Source: Eledone cirrhosa (taxonomy: Eukaryota). Taken from it: a DNA stretch of 64,000 nt. The stretch lies in contig OZ024740.1 of NCBI GenBank assembly GCA_964016885.1, positions 271,374,001 through 271,438,000 on the forward strand, read 5' to 3'. The stretch's first letter is position 1; the number at the start of each line of letters is the position of its first letter. Under the pieces are notes generated by a model. The model was not told where the DNA came from, did no database searches, and saw only the letters and a program-made list of their open reading frames with translations. Both the position numbers and the translations under genes were made by a program. Shown piece by piece: positions 28,931-42,357 of the stretch.

Positions 28931-28931
<1 letters not shown>
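28736..28931 (+). mobile_element. Fold-back family B (terminus of the GIY-YIG PLE); other copies at about 14029-14220, 19652-19700, 20785-20975, 28969-29080, 30816-30873, 35633-35728
   Basis: Inverted arms around GACGGCTAATTCTGGAC-GA-GTCCAGAATTAGCCGTC plus an unpaired tail ending CCACATTTCCTTCGT; (TA)n on both sides. Confidence 0.85.
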
Positions 28932-28971
<40 letters not shown>

Positions 28972-29262
28972 GATTCGGGACCGCCATTGCTGAGCTCCGG
29001 CCGTTTCGACAGCTAGATCCCAAGTAACGTGTACTCTGGTGGGTTATGGTCCACCTGGTATTTTACCACACCCTATCTGATATATAAATATATAGTATCA
29101 GCCGTACTAAGAGTGAGAAATGAAATTTCATTATTTCCATTTATCGTTTCCGGTACACCCGGCCGACCAACTCACTCGATATGCAAATTAGGCTGCTCAG
29201 CCGTTAATATGCATAAGGAAAGTATATACTTTCAAACGTCCAATCGACTGACAGGAAGGTAT

Positions 29263-29305
29263 ACGGTGCTGATGACAGCTAATAAGCTAGAAACTAGTTC
29301 ATCGT
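29263..29305 (+). ncRNA. Minimal type I hammerhead motif
   Basis: ACGGTG-CTGATGA-C-AGCT aata AGCT-A-GAA-ACTAGT-T-CATCGT. Confidence 0.75.
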
Positions 29306-29597
29306 TCTTTTGTCAGTGTTGAACAAAAGGGCAACGATGATTGCTGAACACTGTACGGCTTAATTCGGGCTGTTTGTTTACAAACAAACCGAGTATTATA
29401 ATAAATGTTCGGTAAACCCATACGTACATATATATATATATGTGTGTATGCATGTATGTATATATATACATACTACTGTATGTCTGTATACATATATGTA
29501 TGTACGTATACATACTTACATTTATGTATCAGCCGTACTAAGAGTGAGAAATGAAATTTCATTTTTTCCATTTATATATATATATATATATATACAT

Positions 29598-29975
29598 ATA
29601 ATTTAATTTTAGGTTTAATTAATACATATCAAATATGTACAGATAATGTTTCTCAGAAAAAGCTCAATAAACTTTTGTTTAGAGCATCCATAATATAAAA
29701 TGATTTTAAACGATATATAGCAATATATCAATTGAGAATCTAACCAGGCTTTAATACATATATTCATATAAAAACAAATACAATTTAAGGTCTTAAATAA
29801 AAAAACATTACTCCCATAACGAATAACGGCCATTTAAATATAACTTATTCGTTTTGATTAAGGTTTTGTTTATTTAACAACTTAAATTGTTCCTATATGT
29901 ATATATGTATTAAAACCTGGTTAGTTTCTCAATTGATATATTTCTATATATCGTTTAAAATTATGTTATATTTTT
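29598..29975. repeat. Diverged fold-back element (arms about 29692-29808 and 29862-29973)
   Basis: TTTTAAACGATATATAG..ATCAATTGAGAATCTAACCAGG versus CCTGGTTAGTTTCTCAATTGAT..CTATATATCGTTTAAAA. Confidence 0.7.
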
Positions 29976-30011
29976 ATATATATGTGTGTGTTTGTGTGTG
30001 TGTGTGTGTGT

Positions 30012-30112
<101 letters not shown>

Positions 30113-30245
30113 AATGAGGGTTTTATAAATAAAAAAAAAACAGATGTCCTACACGGACATGGAAAAGAAATCGAAAATGCAACTGAAGTCTTTTTAAGAA
30201 TATGTATTTATTTCCTGTGTGTTTGTGTGTGTATATATATATATA

Positions 30246-30803
30246 TTGTTGAGTAAAATGACACGAGGCCGGACTGGTGAAATTCCTTCAAAGATTTATT
30301 TCAGCAAATACTATGTATATTTCAGTAGCCAGGTTACGTAGGATCCTGGTGACATCATCAGGTTGTATGTTGCATAATAGTTATTTAATAAAGGAATAAT
30401 GGTAAACACAATCCAAGAGGCTATAAGGAGAGAAAGCAGATTAAAAAAACACAGAGTAAAAAGGCTTTTGACTCGAAGGTAATCAAGAGGGGCAGTTGTT
30501 CTCAGTTTGGCTGACCACCTTCGAGTATAATTATGCAATATACACCTGATGATGTCACCAGGATACTACGTAATTTTGCCACTGAAATGTACATAGTGTT
30601 TGCTGAAATAAAACTTTGAGGAATTTCACCAGTCCGTCCTCCTGTCATTTTACTCACTTATAATTAACTCCGTTCTCACACCATCAGCAAGATTCAACAT
30701 CAAAGATGTTCCATAACGTCGAGTGCTTTTCCTAATATTACATCATGGTTGGCTATACGGGATGACCAATTCTATCCAGTGGTGAACCACCAAACTTAAA
30801 TTA
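30246..30803. mobile_element. Fold-back family G (arms about 30250-30380 and 30530-30657, plus tail)
   Basis: TGAGTAAAATGACA..GGACTGGTGAAATTCC is inverted as GGAATTTCACCAGTCC..TGTCATTTTACTCA; hammerhead in both arms. Confidence 0.8.
30542..30599 (+). ncRNA. Type I hammerhead motif (family G); an inverted copy lies at about 30309-30365
   Basis: ACAC-CTGATGA-(stem II, CCAGG/CCTGG intact in the inverted copy)-GAA-ATGTACAT-A-GTGT. Confidence 0.75.
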
Positions 30804-30905
30804 ATATATATATATGTTCGAATCTAGCTGTCGAAACGGCCGGAGGTCAGCCGTCGGGGTCCTGATTCTTTTCCTATATATATGTATATATATATATATA
30901 TATAT

Positions 30906-31042
<137 letters not shown>

Positions 31043-31256
31043 GTAGGAGGTGAGTTTTATTGTGGCACAATAAAGCAATGCAAATATCGGATAAGTAGCA
31101 CTCTACAGTTTATAGGACTGGAGTATAAATAATATAAGATCAAAAGATGGTTAAAAGAGATCCAAGTATTTTATTATGCGCATTTCAAAAACAAATATGT
31201 TGATTTAAAACTTCACTATTCACAAGTGTTTTTTAAGCTTCATATCATGTATCCCT

Positions 31257-31325
31257 ATTTTATCTGATGAAAACGCAGATATGATCCCATGATGATATTT
31301 GTTTTTGAAATGCGCATAATAAAAT
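31257..31325 (+). ncRNA. Type I hammerhead ribozyme motif (family C variant)
   Basis: ATTTTAT-CTGATGA-AAACGCAGATAT..ATATTTGTTTTT-GAA-ATGCGCAT-A-ATAAAAT; stem III is a perfect palindrome. Confidence 0.8.
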
Positions 31326-31361
31326 ATTTGGAACTCTTTTAACCATCTTTTGATCTTATAT

Positions 31362-31394
<33 letters not shown>

Positions 31395-31562
31395 TTATTA
31401 AAATAACAGATTAAAGTTTAAGCAAAGAATCGCTGCTGTCACCCTTAACGGGATCTTATGAAACTAAAAAAGTCAATATTTGGTCTACGGTGCTTATATA
31501 TTTGATATATATTTATCCTTATCGAGCCCTCTTTGGATTTTAGTCTTCAAATTTATTATTAT

Positions 31563-31641
<79 letters not shown>

Positions 31642-32356
31642 TCGAGAATCGCAACTTCGGCCCACGAAATAACGAAAAACAATCTCCGAGATGTGTGGCA
31701 AAGTGCTCAATGGTTCGGATGAACCAGAGCTATAACTAACGTTTAATACCAAACACACTGAGACAATGGTTAAACAATGATTCGCACAGCCAAAAAAACG
31801 ATCAAGTAATTCGGGTCAAACAAATAAAAATATACATGATATATATATAGATTCCATACACTGGTGGTTTCCCCCTGTTTTATTGATGGCACACACATTT
31901 TCTCTCTCTCTATTGTGTTATCCTTTCTACATACTGTATTATATATATATATAATGATGACCCCTTAGCCTTTGTCAAGGCAGAATTCTAGGAGAAGGAA
32001 AACTCTGATATAACACCTGCAACCCTGATGGTATCCAATGATGTTGACTTGTTCTTCTTTTTGGTAAATATCATCTTGGTTAAGAGAGTGGGACTGGCTT
32101 TGTGCAGTGCCTTTGCTCACTATAAAAGCTTCACGGCACAGGCATTGCTTTATATCTGGAGATCTCTCTGCACTTGTCATCACATGGTACCATGGGCCCA
32201 GCACTATGTGTCAATAATTGTCACAAGTGTAGTGTTTGTACCAGAGTTTTCAAGTCACTGGCTGGACTAAAAAGTCACACTCGTTCAGCGCATCGGTAGG
32301 GGTTCACCTACATGGATATAAAGTAGTGGCCGTACTCGAAAACGAGTTGGCAGCCA

Positions 32357-32406
<50 letters not shown>

Positions 32407-33061
32407 TTGTATATATATGTATATATATGTATATATATGTATATATATGTATTATATAGCTAAAGAAATGAAACACAAACACAGAGATGCAAAAACACGA
32501 AGACTTATTAGTATCACGCTTAGATTCGGCGTACACATATATGTGTGTGTGTGTGAGTGTGTACGTGGATCCTATTTGTATACCTACATGTATTCAGTTC
32601 AACCCAATATTTATTTTAAAAGACGGAATTAGTGGTCAGTGGCTCTTTGGAGTAGTGGTAAAAGCCGACACCCGCCCTCTGAGAGATGCAAGATTCGAGT
32701 GCTTACAAGCACCTCCATTCACTTTATTCCGTCTCCAGCAGGTAATTTATCTGATTTTCTCATCTATCATTTACGTTGAGAAGTACACATTTTGAATTTC
32801 AAATGTTCCCAGTCCATCTTAAGTCAACAGCTTTGTTTACATACATAGCTACATGCTTAAATCTTCTAAAAAGCACCTAATGTGTTTTTATTTTACAAAT
32901 GGAAAAGTAGTAAATTAAGCATGGAAAAACTTTTACAAAGCTGTATTAAGCGAAACCTGTCAAGTACAAAAATACAAAAACTATTTTTTTTTTAATGTAA
33001 AAATGTTTTTCGTTGTGTACTGTACACAATATATATATACCGTATATATATATTGTGTACA

Positions 33062-33110
<49 letters not shown>

Positions 33111-33152
33111 TTCAAAATATTAACAAAAATAGACATTCGTGTGATCAAGTAT

Positions 33153-33215
33153 ATTTTATTATACATATTTCAGAGGTACTGAGCTATCTTCAACAGTACG
33201 TCCTCATCAGATAAT
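33153..33215 (-). ncRNA. Type I hammerhead motif (family C)
   Basis: Reverse complement: TTAT-CTGATGA-GGACGTACTG..CAGTACCTCT-GAA-ATATGTAT-A-ATAA. Confidence 0.75.
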
Positions 33216-33871
33216 GTCTATTTTTGTACGTCCTCATCACATGTCTATTTTTGTTAATATTTTGAATTAATATTAATAACTCCGGAAAACCATCTTGTGG
33301 AGTGCTTCTAATCTATTGTAAAACTTTATTCTTTGATTTATTCATTGAACTTTGTTTAACCTTTAAATATATATACTATAAGGTTAAATCTATACATATA
33401 TAGTGTATATTGAGTAAGTTACTCAACAAAGGAAGCTCAATGAATAGTTAGTACAGAGCATTATACAAATTAAAATGATATGCAAAAAATTCTCTTTCAT
33501 ATATTTAGTTGAGAAACAACTAGTATCGTGTTCATATATATATAATGATAATAATAAATGTACTCACTCAGAAAGAATCAACTCAAGATTATATATATAT
33601 ATATATATGGGGGGGGGGGGGGGTATTGTCTTTAATGCATTCGAAACTAGAGTGATCCAGAGAAGACAGCCGGTGAGCGAGAATTGACCTTATGTTTGTA
33701 TCTTCCATGTTTTCACCCACGTGTCTTTTTTAAATAATATTTATTTGTAACAACACAGCCTCATTTTTAATTCTACATTATGTATATATATATAACATTG
33801 AAAGCGAATATATATATATATATAGTATAAAAAACGAAAAATCAGTGATGCATCTGGACTCAGTTTATTGC

Positions 33872-33959
33872 GTGTTACAATTGTTTCGCCGGCAGGTAGC
33901 TCGAGACATGATCACTGTATGGATCTGGCTGATTCTACGGCTACAGGTTCTTCGGACAC
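33872..33959 (-). ncRNA. Hammerhead-like motif with a long stem II and a U4C core change
   Basis: Reverse complement: GTGT-CCGAAGA-(long insert)-GAA-ACAATTGT-A-ACAC. Confidence 0.55.
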
Positions 33960-33979
33960 ATGCAATTCTTTCGGAGCAA

Positions 33980-34340
33980 ATTTTCTGATGGTTCCTCTGA
34001 TGCATAAGTTACACGGACGGCGTCCTCCCGTGTAAGAGTTAGCTCTGGACAGTAAGCTCCAAGTGAGATTGTAGGTTATATTATTATCTTTGAGGTCTCA
34101 GATGTGGCCCGAAAGTGTAGTGGAATGACGCCGGGCCGGGTTTCGGAAAGTATGTCGGTGTAGGTAGAGCCGGGTCTTGAAGTCACAAGCGGTTAATCCT
34201 ATATAAGCTTTGGTGGTGTCCGTCCTCACGTTGCACTGGTAGATCACATTACGATCTCGGCATCGGTTGTTGAGGGGGAAAAGGGATCCATCAGGACAGT
34301 TACACCTCCTGGTCGGCTCTCCACTGCTGTCTAGGTTATT
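33980..34340 (-). pseudogene. Penelope-like element GIY-YIG endonuclease fragment (inverted segment)
   Basis: Manual minus-strand translation: RCNCPDGSLFPLNNRCRDRNVIYQCNVRTDTTKAYIGLTACDFKTRLYLHRHTFRNPARRHSTTLSGHI*DLKDNNITYNLTWSLLSRANSYTGGRRPCNLC. It has the VIY..YIG motif and an upstream Cys cluster. Confidence 0.85.
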
Positions 34341-34346
34341 TCTTCC

Positions 34347-35589
34347 ATAACCTACAATCTCACTTGGAGCTTACTGTCCAGAGCTAACTCTTACACGGGA
34401 GGACGCCGGCCGTGTAACTTATGCTCAGAGGAAACATTACAAATGATGTTTTCAAAGGACCAACTCCTAAACAAGAAAGACAAACTGGTAACTGGATGCA
34501 AACACAGATTGCGTAGGACTTACCTCGCCCTCAAACCCCAAAATGACCCGGGGGTAAACAAGGGCTGAAATACCCCACTTGCCGATTTTGTAAGGGGTTA
34601 CCCCTGCTTACAAAGGTAGACGTAAATCTTTTATCTTTTCCTTCTTCCCCCATCTCTTCCTAGTCCTTCCACCCCAGATCTCCTTGTCTTTTTTTCACCT
34701 TTTCGCCTACCCCGATGTAGCCCATCGGTCCTCTGTAGCCTCAGTACCCCCACCCCCCTATTTTTAAGATAGAATTGGCCGATTATGCTTTTTACAGCAG
34801 ATGTGTTAGACCCCAGTAAATTGTTTTCTTTCTGGTTGCTGCTCCATTTCTGTGATTTCTAAATTTCCTAGTGGTATGTTTGTATTAGTATCCTTGTATT
34901 AGTATTTCTGTATTAGTATTCTGAATTAATATTTCGTATTAGTATTTTTGTAGTAGTAATTTAGTATTTTTGTTTTTAACCCGTCATTGTAAGATAGCAT
35001 TGGCTGATTACTAACTAACTATAGCAGAGGTGTTAGACCCCCCGTAAAGCCGGCTTTATAAAATTCTTTCACTACAATCTCGTATTTAGTACTTTTCTCC
35101 ACCTATTAAACTTAGCTTAGCAATACCAATGAGAGATTTGGTGATTGTGGAAGAGTAGTAACCAGAAATTATTTTTTATATATTTATTTCCTTATTTTTA
35201 TAATGGTTTCGTTGTTTACTCCCTTTCGATTTACCTATTCTTTCAACTCCCCCCTCCCCTTCTCCAGTACACTTTTCTCGACCTTCTATACACTATCCTT
35301 AGAATCTGTTGTATAGATTTCACTTTCAACGCTTGACTGGGTTTCCCCCACTCCCTCTTTGTTCTACCGGCAAGTTCAGCTTCCCCTACCCCCCACCAAA
35401 TGCCATGATAGAATCATCTGTCTTTACAACAAATTTTTGACCAATCCCTTTGGACAATTACTATCTTCCCATATAAGGAAATACCCCCTGAGAAGTTCGG
35501 CTATTTATTTGCCAGGCTAAAAATTCTTATTTAGTCCAGAATTAGCCCTCGAAACGGCTTGAGCTCTGCCGTCGGGGGTCATACTTGTT

Positions 35590-35591
<2 letters not shown>
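34347..35591 (+). mobile_element. PLE 3' end: GIY-YIG C-terminus (stop 34566-34568), about 0.9 kb of 3' UTR, and a degenerate hammerhead-bearing terminus, followed by (TA)n
   Basis: ITYNLTWSLLSRANSYTGGRRPCNLCSEETLQMMFSKDQLLNKKDKLVTGCKHR...*. About 100 bp are duplicated in inverted orientation at about 33980-34079. The terminus matches fold-back family B. Confidence 0.8.
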
Positions 35592-35634
<43 letters not shown>

Positions 35635-35725
35635 CGAAGGAAATGTGGTAAGGAACCAGGTGGACCATAATTCTAGAATTAGTCGTCGAAACGGCTTGAG
35701 CTCAGCCGTCGGGGTCCTACTCGTT

Positions 35726-35774
<49 letters not shown>

Positions 35775-36076
35775 TTGAAAGCAAAATAAACAGTAAGATG
35801 AGGTAATGAAAAGTAAATGTTACCTGGTAATCTTTATGTTGTTGTTGTTGTTCTTTTATCTGTCCAATATTTACCCCCATCTTACAGTCCATTTTACATT
35901 GTTCAGTCTTCTATCTCTTTCAACGTTATATATTATATACAATGCTTCAAGCAACAAACTATAACATTTTATTTTATATGTATATGTATTTAAAAGGTAA
36001 ACAAAAATAACAACAGAATCGGTACAATATATGGAAGGAATATATTAGGTTAACGCTTGAAATAGCAGGAAGAGGG

Positions 36077-36112
36077 TCTTAACGTTTCGGACGCTAGTCC
36101 TTCATCAGAAGA
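36077..36112 (-). ncRNA. Minimal type I hammerhead motif of the PLE type
   Basis: Reverse complement: TCTT-CTGATGA-A-GGAC tagc GTCC-GAA-ACGT-T-AAGA. Confidence 0.8.
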
Positions 36113-36230
36113 AAGAATGAGAAATAAGATATATAGACGGGACGGGCGGGGTGGAATTGGAAAAAATGTCTTTAGATAAAAATAACAGGTCCATTCATGT
36201 TGACATCTCTTGGAAAACTGTTGATGCTGG

Positions 36231-36350
<120 letters not shown>

Positions 36351-36396
36351 AACTCTTTAGTTACAGATTCTCCGTTGCTTGTGAAACATGTAGATA

Positions 36397-36442
36397 GTTG
36401 TTGATGATGGTCACAATAAGGACCGAAACTCGGGTCAAGATA
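36397..36442 (+). ncRNA. Degenerate hammerhead motif
   Basis: TTGATGA-T-GGTC acaataag GACC-GAA-ACTCGGGT-C; C3 and stem I are mutated. Confidence 0.5.
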
Positions 36443-36556
36443 TTCTTCTTTTACAATCTACAGAGAAATGCGTAAATAAGATATGTTTAGATGTTTATAT
36501 ATATAAATATGGGCGCAGCTTAGGTTATATCCACTACGTACTGATATGGGTTTATA

Positions 36557-36597
<41 letters not shown>

Positions 36598-36832
36598 CTG
36601 TTTAGTACACAGTTCAATATATAATTGAATTAGCTGCAACAGTAAGCATTAAAATTAACAGATCTAGTTCTTTTGATCAGCTTTTTCACTCTACTGAGAA
36701 ATACATAAATATGACATATAAACTTGCATACACTCACACACACACACACACACGCACACGCACACGCACACGCACACGCACACGCACACGCACACACACA
36801 CACACACACACAGACACACACACACACACACC

Positions 36833-36915
<83 letters not shown>

Positions 36916-37654
36916 TTGTTTCTACTTTTGGGACAAGGCCAGAAATTACCCAGTGCATTACTGGTACTTTATTTCATCGACCCCGTAAGGATGAAAGGCA
37001 AAGTTAACCTCGGCGGGATGAATATGGTTTTGTACCTGGAAGGTTCCCCTCCGAGGCACAAGCCAACGCAAGGTGTGTTTGTGGAAGACCAGCAGTCTCC
37101 AATACATGCCAGATGTTGTGCAAGGAAATGTCAATGACCGATACAGCATGGCACCAGTGACGACGCAACTCATTTCTACATCTGAGTGAATTGTAGCAAC
37201 CTGAAATAAAGTGCCTTGCTGAAGGACACAGCGCATCACCCAGTTCGAGAATCGAACTCACTCACAACCTTAAGACTGTGAGCACAAATGTTCTAACCTC
37301 TAAGCCACGTGACATCACACACACACACAAACACACACACACATATATACATATATACATATATATATATATTATATATTATAAATATATATATATATAT
37401 GTGCGCGTGTGTGTGTATGTAAGGGTGTGTGTGTACATATATGTATATAATATGCAGGTTCCCGAGATGAGTTGGGGTAGGGGATAACCACAGTTAAAAA
37501 AAGTACTTAATACATTGGTAGAGTGTAGGCATCTTTATTTTATATAGAAATGAGTTCTACAAGACTAGAACTGTTTCATTCGTATGATTTCTAACCCTGT
37601 AGAAGTAATTTCTATATATAATAAACACATGTGTGTAGGTGTATAGGAGTGTGC

Positions 37655-37716
<62 letters not shown>

Positions 37717-38335
37717 TAGTCGAATTACCCGCACCTTGCTGCGTTTCACACATTTTTTATTTTGTAAGAAAATGATGATTAATTTTAAATCAGTGATATA
37801 ATTTATACACTTGAAAGAAAAATTTAAGTCTGAATGTTAATTAAGTGCAAACACAAAACCAACCATGCATATCTATACTATCTCTAATCCTTCTATAGAT
37901 TTAGAAAAATAACCAATAATATATTCTATAAAAATGTCAAAACAACAGATGGGAATCTAATTACTCACTGCGACCAAACATTCTCACTGCTATCAAAAAA
38001 CCACTCCCTCAACTATTCTTCTAACAACTTCACCCCTCCCTCCTAATATTCTCTATAAAAACCAAACAGGTCCTCAGTAAAATTATTCTGATGAAATGAC
38101 AGTTGATAATAACATTGAAATATTGAATGTCTGCATAACTAATACTTTGTAGATAGCAGCTGTTTTCAGGTTATGTAACTGTTATTGAAACACGTGTCAA
38201 TAAATTCCTTTTAACTAAACTGTATCCATTTAAATCCTTCTATTTTTCTCCGGATTACTTTTGGAACTACAACTGGAACCATCGAGCAAACTCTACGTGA
38301 GCTGTCCATCTACTGTGTGTAATATTTATATTACA
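37717..38335 (-). mobile_element. Decayed Helitron 3' end
   Basis: Reverse complement ends CGCAGCAAGGTGCGGGTAATTCGA-CTAG-T; a degenerate GQL.V..AR motif lies near 38280-38310. Confidence 0.5.
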
Positions 38336-38350
38336 ACACTACGGAAAATA

Positions 38351-38402
<52 letters not shown>

Positions 38403-38462
38403 ATACGTATGTATATATATAAGTATGTGTACTGGGAAATGAAATTTCGTTTCATTTTTTCC

Positions 38463-38500
<38 letters not shown>

Positions 38501-38847
38501 TCTGATAACCACACACTGGGATCGATTTTAAACCACAATATCTGTTCTTTGCAAACATATGATCTTGTGGGAACACGTTGATTCAATTACAATGCCACAC
38601 AGTTGTATATCCACCCAAACTACCCACCTCCATACCCAAGTGCTGATTTTGGTACCCGCCTCAGTAACACACGAATCTACTGAACCACGTAATATTATAT
38701 ATATATGAATATTCTTATACACAAATTATGCATACATCTTGTGTCTGAGTGACAATCTGAGTGTTAATGTTTACACTAATGTATGCATGTACATCTATAT
38801 ATATATATATATATAATATATATATATAAATTAAATATATATATATT

Positions 38848-38946
<99 letters not shown>

Positions 38947-39095
38947 GATATTAAACAAATGGAAACTATATTTATAAAACCATATTTATTTCATTATACA
39001 TATTTCGGGGATACCATATTAAACCAGCTTTTTACATAACGGTTGGTCAATATTTATGGTACGTCAAAATTATTTATAAAATGTTTATATATTGT

Positions 39096-39159
39096 ATTTT
39101 ATCTGAAGAAGGCATGCCATATTTTTAATATGGTATCCCCGAAATATGTATAATGAAAT
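39096..39159 (+). ncRNA. Type I hammerhead motif (family C)
   Basis: ATTTTAT-CTGAAGA-AGGCATGCCATATT..AATATGGTATCCCC-GAA-ATATGTAT-A-ATGAAAT. Confidence 0.72.
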
Positions 39160-39290
39160 AAATATGGTTTTATAAATATAGTTTCCATTTGTTTAATATC
39201 GTATATCTACTCCAAAACTTGTCGAGTGCTTTATATCAGTTATAAAATATTTACTTGTTGTAACCCAACAATTTTATATAAAACTTTTGC

Positions 39291-39328
<38 letters not shown>

Positions 39329-39329
<1 letters not shown>

Positions 39330-39811
39330 AATCAAAGGTCGATTGACATATATATAAAATAAACATATCAAATATTGACTGGTGACAATTTGTAAAGAGT
39401 GTAAGAACACAAAGTTACAGAGGTAGCATATTAATATTTAACGAAAAGTTTAAATATAGATACCTGGCAATAATAATTATTTTCTGTCGTACACATTCCA
39501 TTATTACATTAGAAATATGTTTCACCATTATATAGCGAAGCACAGATATTTATAGTTGAATATGTACGAAGGAAAATAATTATCATTGCCAGGTATCTAT
39601 ATTTAAACTTTTCGTTAAATTTTTATATGCTACATCTGTAACTTTGTGTTGTTACACTCTTTACAAATTATCCCCTGTTAATGTTTGATATGTTTATTTT
39701 ATATATATGTCAATCGACCTTTGATTTTTAATAAATACTCAGATTTATTCCTTAGGTTATTTGAGCTTCTTCTACAGGTGGTATGGCGCATGACATCTAT
39801 AATTCTATTAG

Positions 39812-39815
<4 letters not shown>
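39329..39815. repeat. Fold-back element (arms about 39330-39498 and 39558-39727, plus tail)
   Basis: AATCAAAGGTCGATTGACATATATATAAAATAAACATATCAAA is inverted at about 39684-39727. Confidence 0.8.
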
Positions 39816-39881
<66 letters not shown>

Positions 39882-39966
39882 CCGTTTTGCAAGGTTTTTG
39901 ATATGAAATGATGTGTTGAAACAAATGTTGTTATATTTGGGGAGGGTCATATTATTATATATTTAT

Positions 39967-40003
<37 letters not shown>

Positions 40004-40479
40004 CTGTTTGTGTGTGTGTGTGTACATATACATATTTAAATTTATAATTACTTGTGTGTGAATGAGTGTGTGTCTGTGCACGTGTGTACATATATATAGA
40101 GAGACATGAAAGAAGTAAATAGACATCAATCATGTTGGAATCCAAATATTTTGCATTTTTTCTTACGAATATTCGTTTTCTTTTGTTTAAAATGTGATAA
40201 ACTTATCCTATAACAGTCTGCATTACAAAATACCAGAAAAATTCTGATTCTCATTGAGGGTGTAACGTTGGTCAATCTGAAAATGAGTTATCCAAAGTAC
40301 AAATTGCTAGAAATCTCTGAATAACTTTTACTCTGAATAAATTTTACTCTGAATAACTTTTACTCAGAATAATAGTCCGTGTTAGTCAAATGTATAAAAA
40401 CATCATTTGTATCATAATGGGGTTGATCTGGGTATTCTGGAAAACATATATGTGTCGTTCGAAGATCTATTGAAAAACA

Positions 40480-41000
40480 AACATAGTTTAAAGACTTCAG
40501 CAGTTGTAGAAAAACTCAAAGTTAGCTCAAGTGCAGCAGTATGATATTTGTTTTGGGGGATGTGTAGCTTAGAGAAAGACTCTTTTTATTTACTATTCAT
40601 ATTAAGAATGGGAATAAGTGCGCCAATGAGATAAGCAAGCAAGCTTTTGGTGCTTTGGCACGGCATAATTTTTTACAAGGAAAGGCTCAATTTTCAGACA
40701 ACTGATGCATATAGGCCTGAAGATTACCCAGCCATGAGTTTCAAATAAACGGACTACAATCAACAGTCAAACATGTTAGTGTATCTATTATTGTTTGAGG
40801 AAATATTTGTAACAGCCGTAGGTCAGACTTGGTTGAATGTATTGTCGACATTTATTCAGAAAAATACATTTCTATCCTTGAAGACAGATTTATACTAATG
40901 CTTCCATGTGGTCAAAAAGGAAAAGAAAAGTCATTGCTGTTTGTTCATGGAAGATATGGTTCCATGCAGCATTGCAAACCTCAGCTGTTTCAATTTATAG
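40480..41000 (+). mobile_element. Tc1-like transposase remnant
   Basis: Fragments TVKHVSVSIIV*G, EKYISILED and FMEDMVPC resemble the Tc1 DDE domain motifs VKH..SVMVWG, Y..IL and FQQDNAPCH. Confidence 0.6.
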
Positions 41001-41049
41001 AAAAGTAATCCCTTGATACTGAAGGGTGTTTTGATCCTTCATCATTTTC

Positions 41050-41807
41050 TATAGTTGTGGAAGGTGTTGTAAACTTAGTTAATCAAGTGTTCCCCAATTT
41101 CAAAACCCACCAGTCCAACGAAGAGTGAGTGTGTGAAAGAGCAATCCTTGTCTCCCATAACATCACAACATTCCCAACAGTCTGGAAGCGTCCGGTATGC
41201 TGCCACACAACCTTGGAAACCTGGATCAGCCATAATTGTGCAATAGGACGCGTGTCGTTGTGACAGAGCTACAACCTCACATTATTGAAGCCAAAATCCT
41301 CACTGGATGTGGTAAGAGAAACATCGTATTTATACCTAGAATACCGCTAATACCAACAGATGTCCCCTTTTTTTCCAATCGATTGTAATTCCCAGTTATG
41401 CAATGGCCATTAACAAGTCCCAAGATCAAACTCTGCAGGTTGTCGGTCTCCATCTACAAGAGGGCTGCTTCTCACATGGCCAGTTGTATGTAGTTTCTTC
41501 CAGACTAGGAACACCTCACAAGCTCTTCATATATGCTCCAAAGAAAAACGTTACAAACATTGTATATACTGAAGTTCTGTAAATGTTTTATAATTTTCGT
41601 AGACTACAATTCTTCTATTGTTTTGTTTTCTTTATTACTTTCTGTATTTAGATATTCTAAATAACTTTTTTAAATTGTTACATAATATTTAAATACCTTT
41701 TCATATCTTATATTTCAAGGGAAATTGACATTACGATAGATGCCAAAAGGTGCCTTATAAATAGATTGAGCACAGTACGGACCGGGGCGAAGGCCGGGAA
41801 GCCGCTA
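41050..41807 (+). mobile_element. Helitron 3' remnant: PIF1-like helicase C-terminus (stop at 41580-41582) and 3' hairpin/CTA(G) end
   Basis: VFPNF..CERAIL, HIIEAKILTGCGK..VFIPRIPLIPTD, AMAINKSQDQTL, CFSHGQLYV.SSR, TNIVYTEVL*; terminal CCGGGGCGAAGGCCGGG..CTA. Confidence 0.85.
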
Positions 41808-41939
41808 TTATATTATATTATATTATATTATATTATATTATATTATATTATATTATATTATATTATATTATATTATATTATATTATATTATATTATATTA
41901 TATTATATTATATTATATTATATTATATTATATTATTAA

Positions 41940-42129
41940 GGGCGGTGGATTGGCAGTATCGGTAGAGGGTCGGACGCCATGCTTTCCAGCATAGTTACGT
42001 CCCTTTACGATCTGAGTTCAAATCCTGCCGAGGTTGACTTTGCCTTTCATCCTTACGGGGTCGATAAAATAAAGTACCAGTAATGCACTGGGTAATTGCT
42101 GGCCTTGTGCCTAAAGTAGAAACAATTAT
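41940..42129 (+). mobile_element. tRNA-derived SINE with Nin/Deu-like central domain (representative copy); others at about 7062-7256, 10298-10478(-), 14420-15240 (cluster), 21535-21722(-), 26813-27028(-), 27950-28142, 28200-28415(-), 36914-37018(-), 47460-47665, 51052-51409, 53900-54078, 54447-54557, 55391-55612, 56227-56408, 58560-58722, 61200-61896 (cluster), 62062-62194(-)
   Basis: A box TGGCAGTATCGG, B box GAGTTCAAATCC, core GCCGAGGTTRACTTTGCCTTTCATCCTTACGGGGTCGATAAAATAAAGTACCAG, ATT-rich tail. Target-site duplications include CATATTTAATATATAAC (21518/21729) and CAAATATCAACCAAGA (51164/51410). Confidence 0.9.
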
Positions 42130-42357
42130 ATTATATTATATTATATTATATTATATTATATTATATTATAATACATGTATGTTCATACACGGATCAAAAG
42201 CGGTATATATATATATTTTGCCGAATATATATATATACCGCTTTGCGGTATTTAATTACGGCTATTTACGTTCTGGGTTCAAGAGCCGCCGAGGTCAACT
42301 TTACATTTCTTTCCCCTGAGGTCGATAGAATAATGTACTAGTCATGTATATATATAT

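Noticed and set aside
32638-32716. tRNA-like sequence with A/B-box resemblance
   Set aside because: No convincing cloverleaf; likely a decayed SINE head.
33017-33064. Short palindromes containing TA runs (also 42198-42244)
   Set aside because: Mostly self-complementary TA sequence and too short to assign to a family, though they may be minimal fold-backs.
34098-34100. In-frame TGA in the GIY-YIG fragment as possible selenocysteine
   Set aside because: It falls at the position of the Trp expected in H-I-W, so a TGG-to-TGA mutation in a dead copy is simpler.
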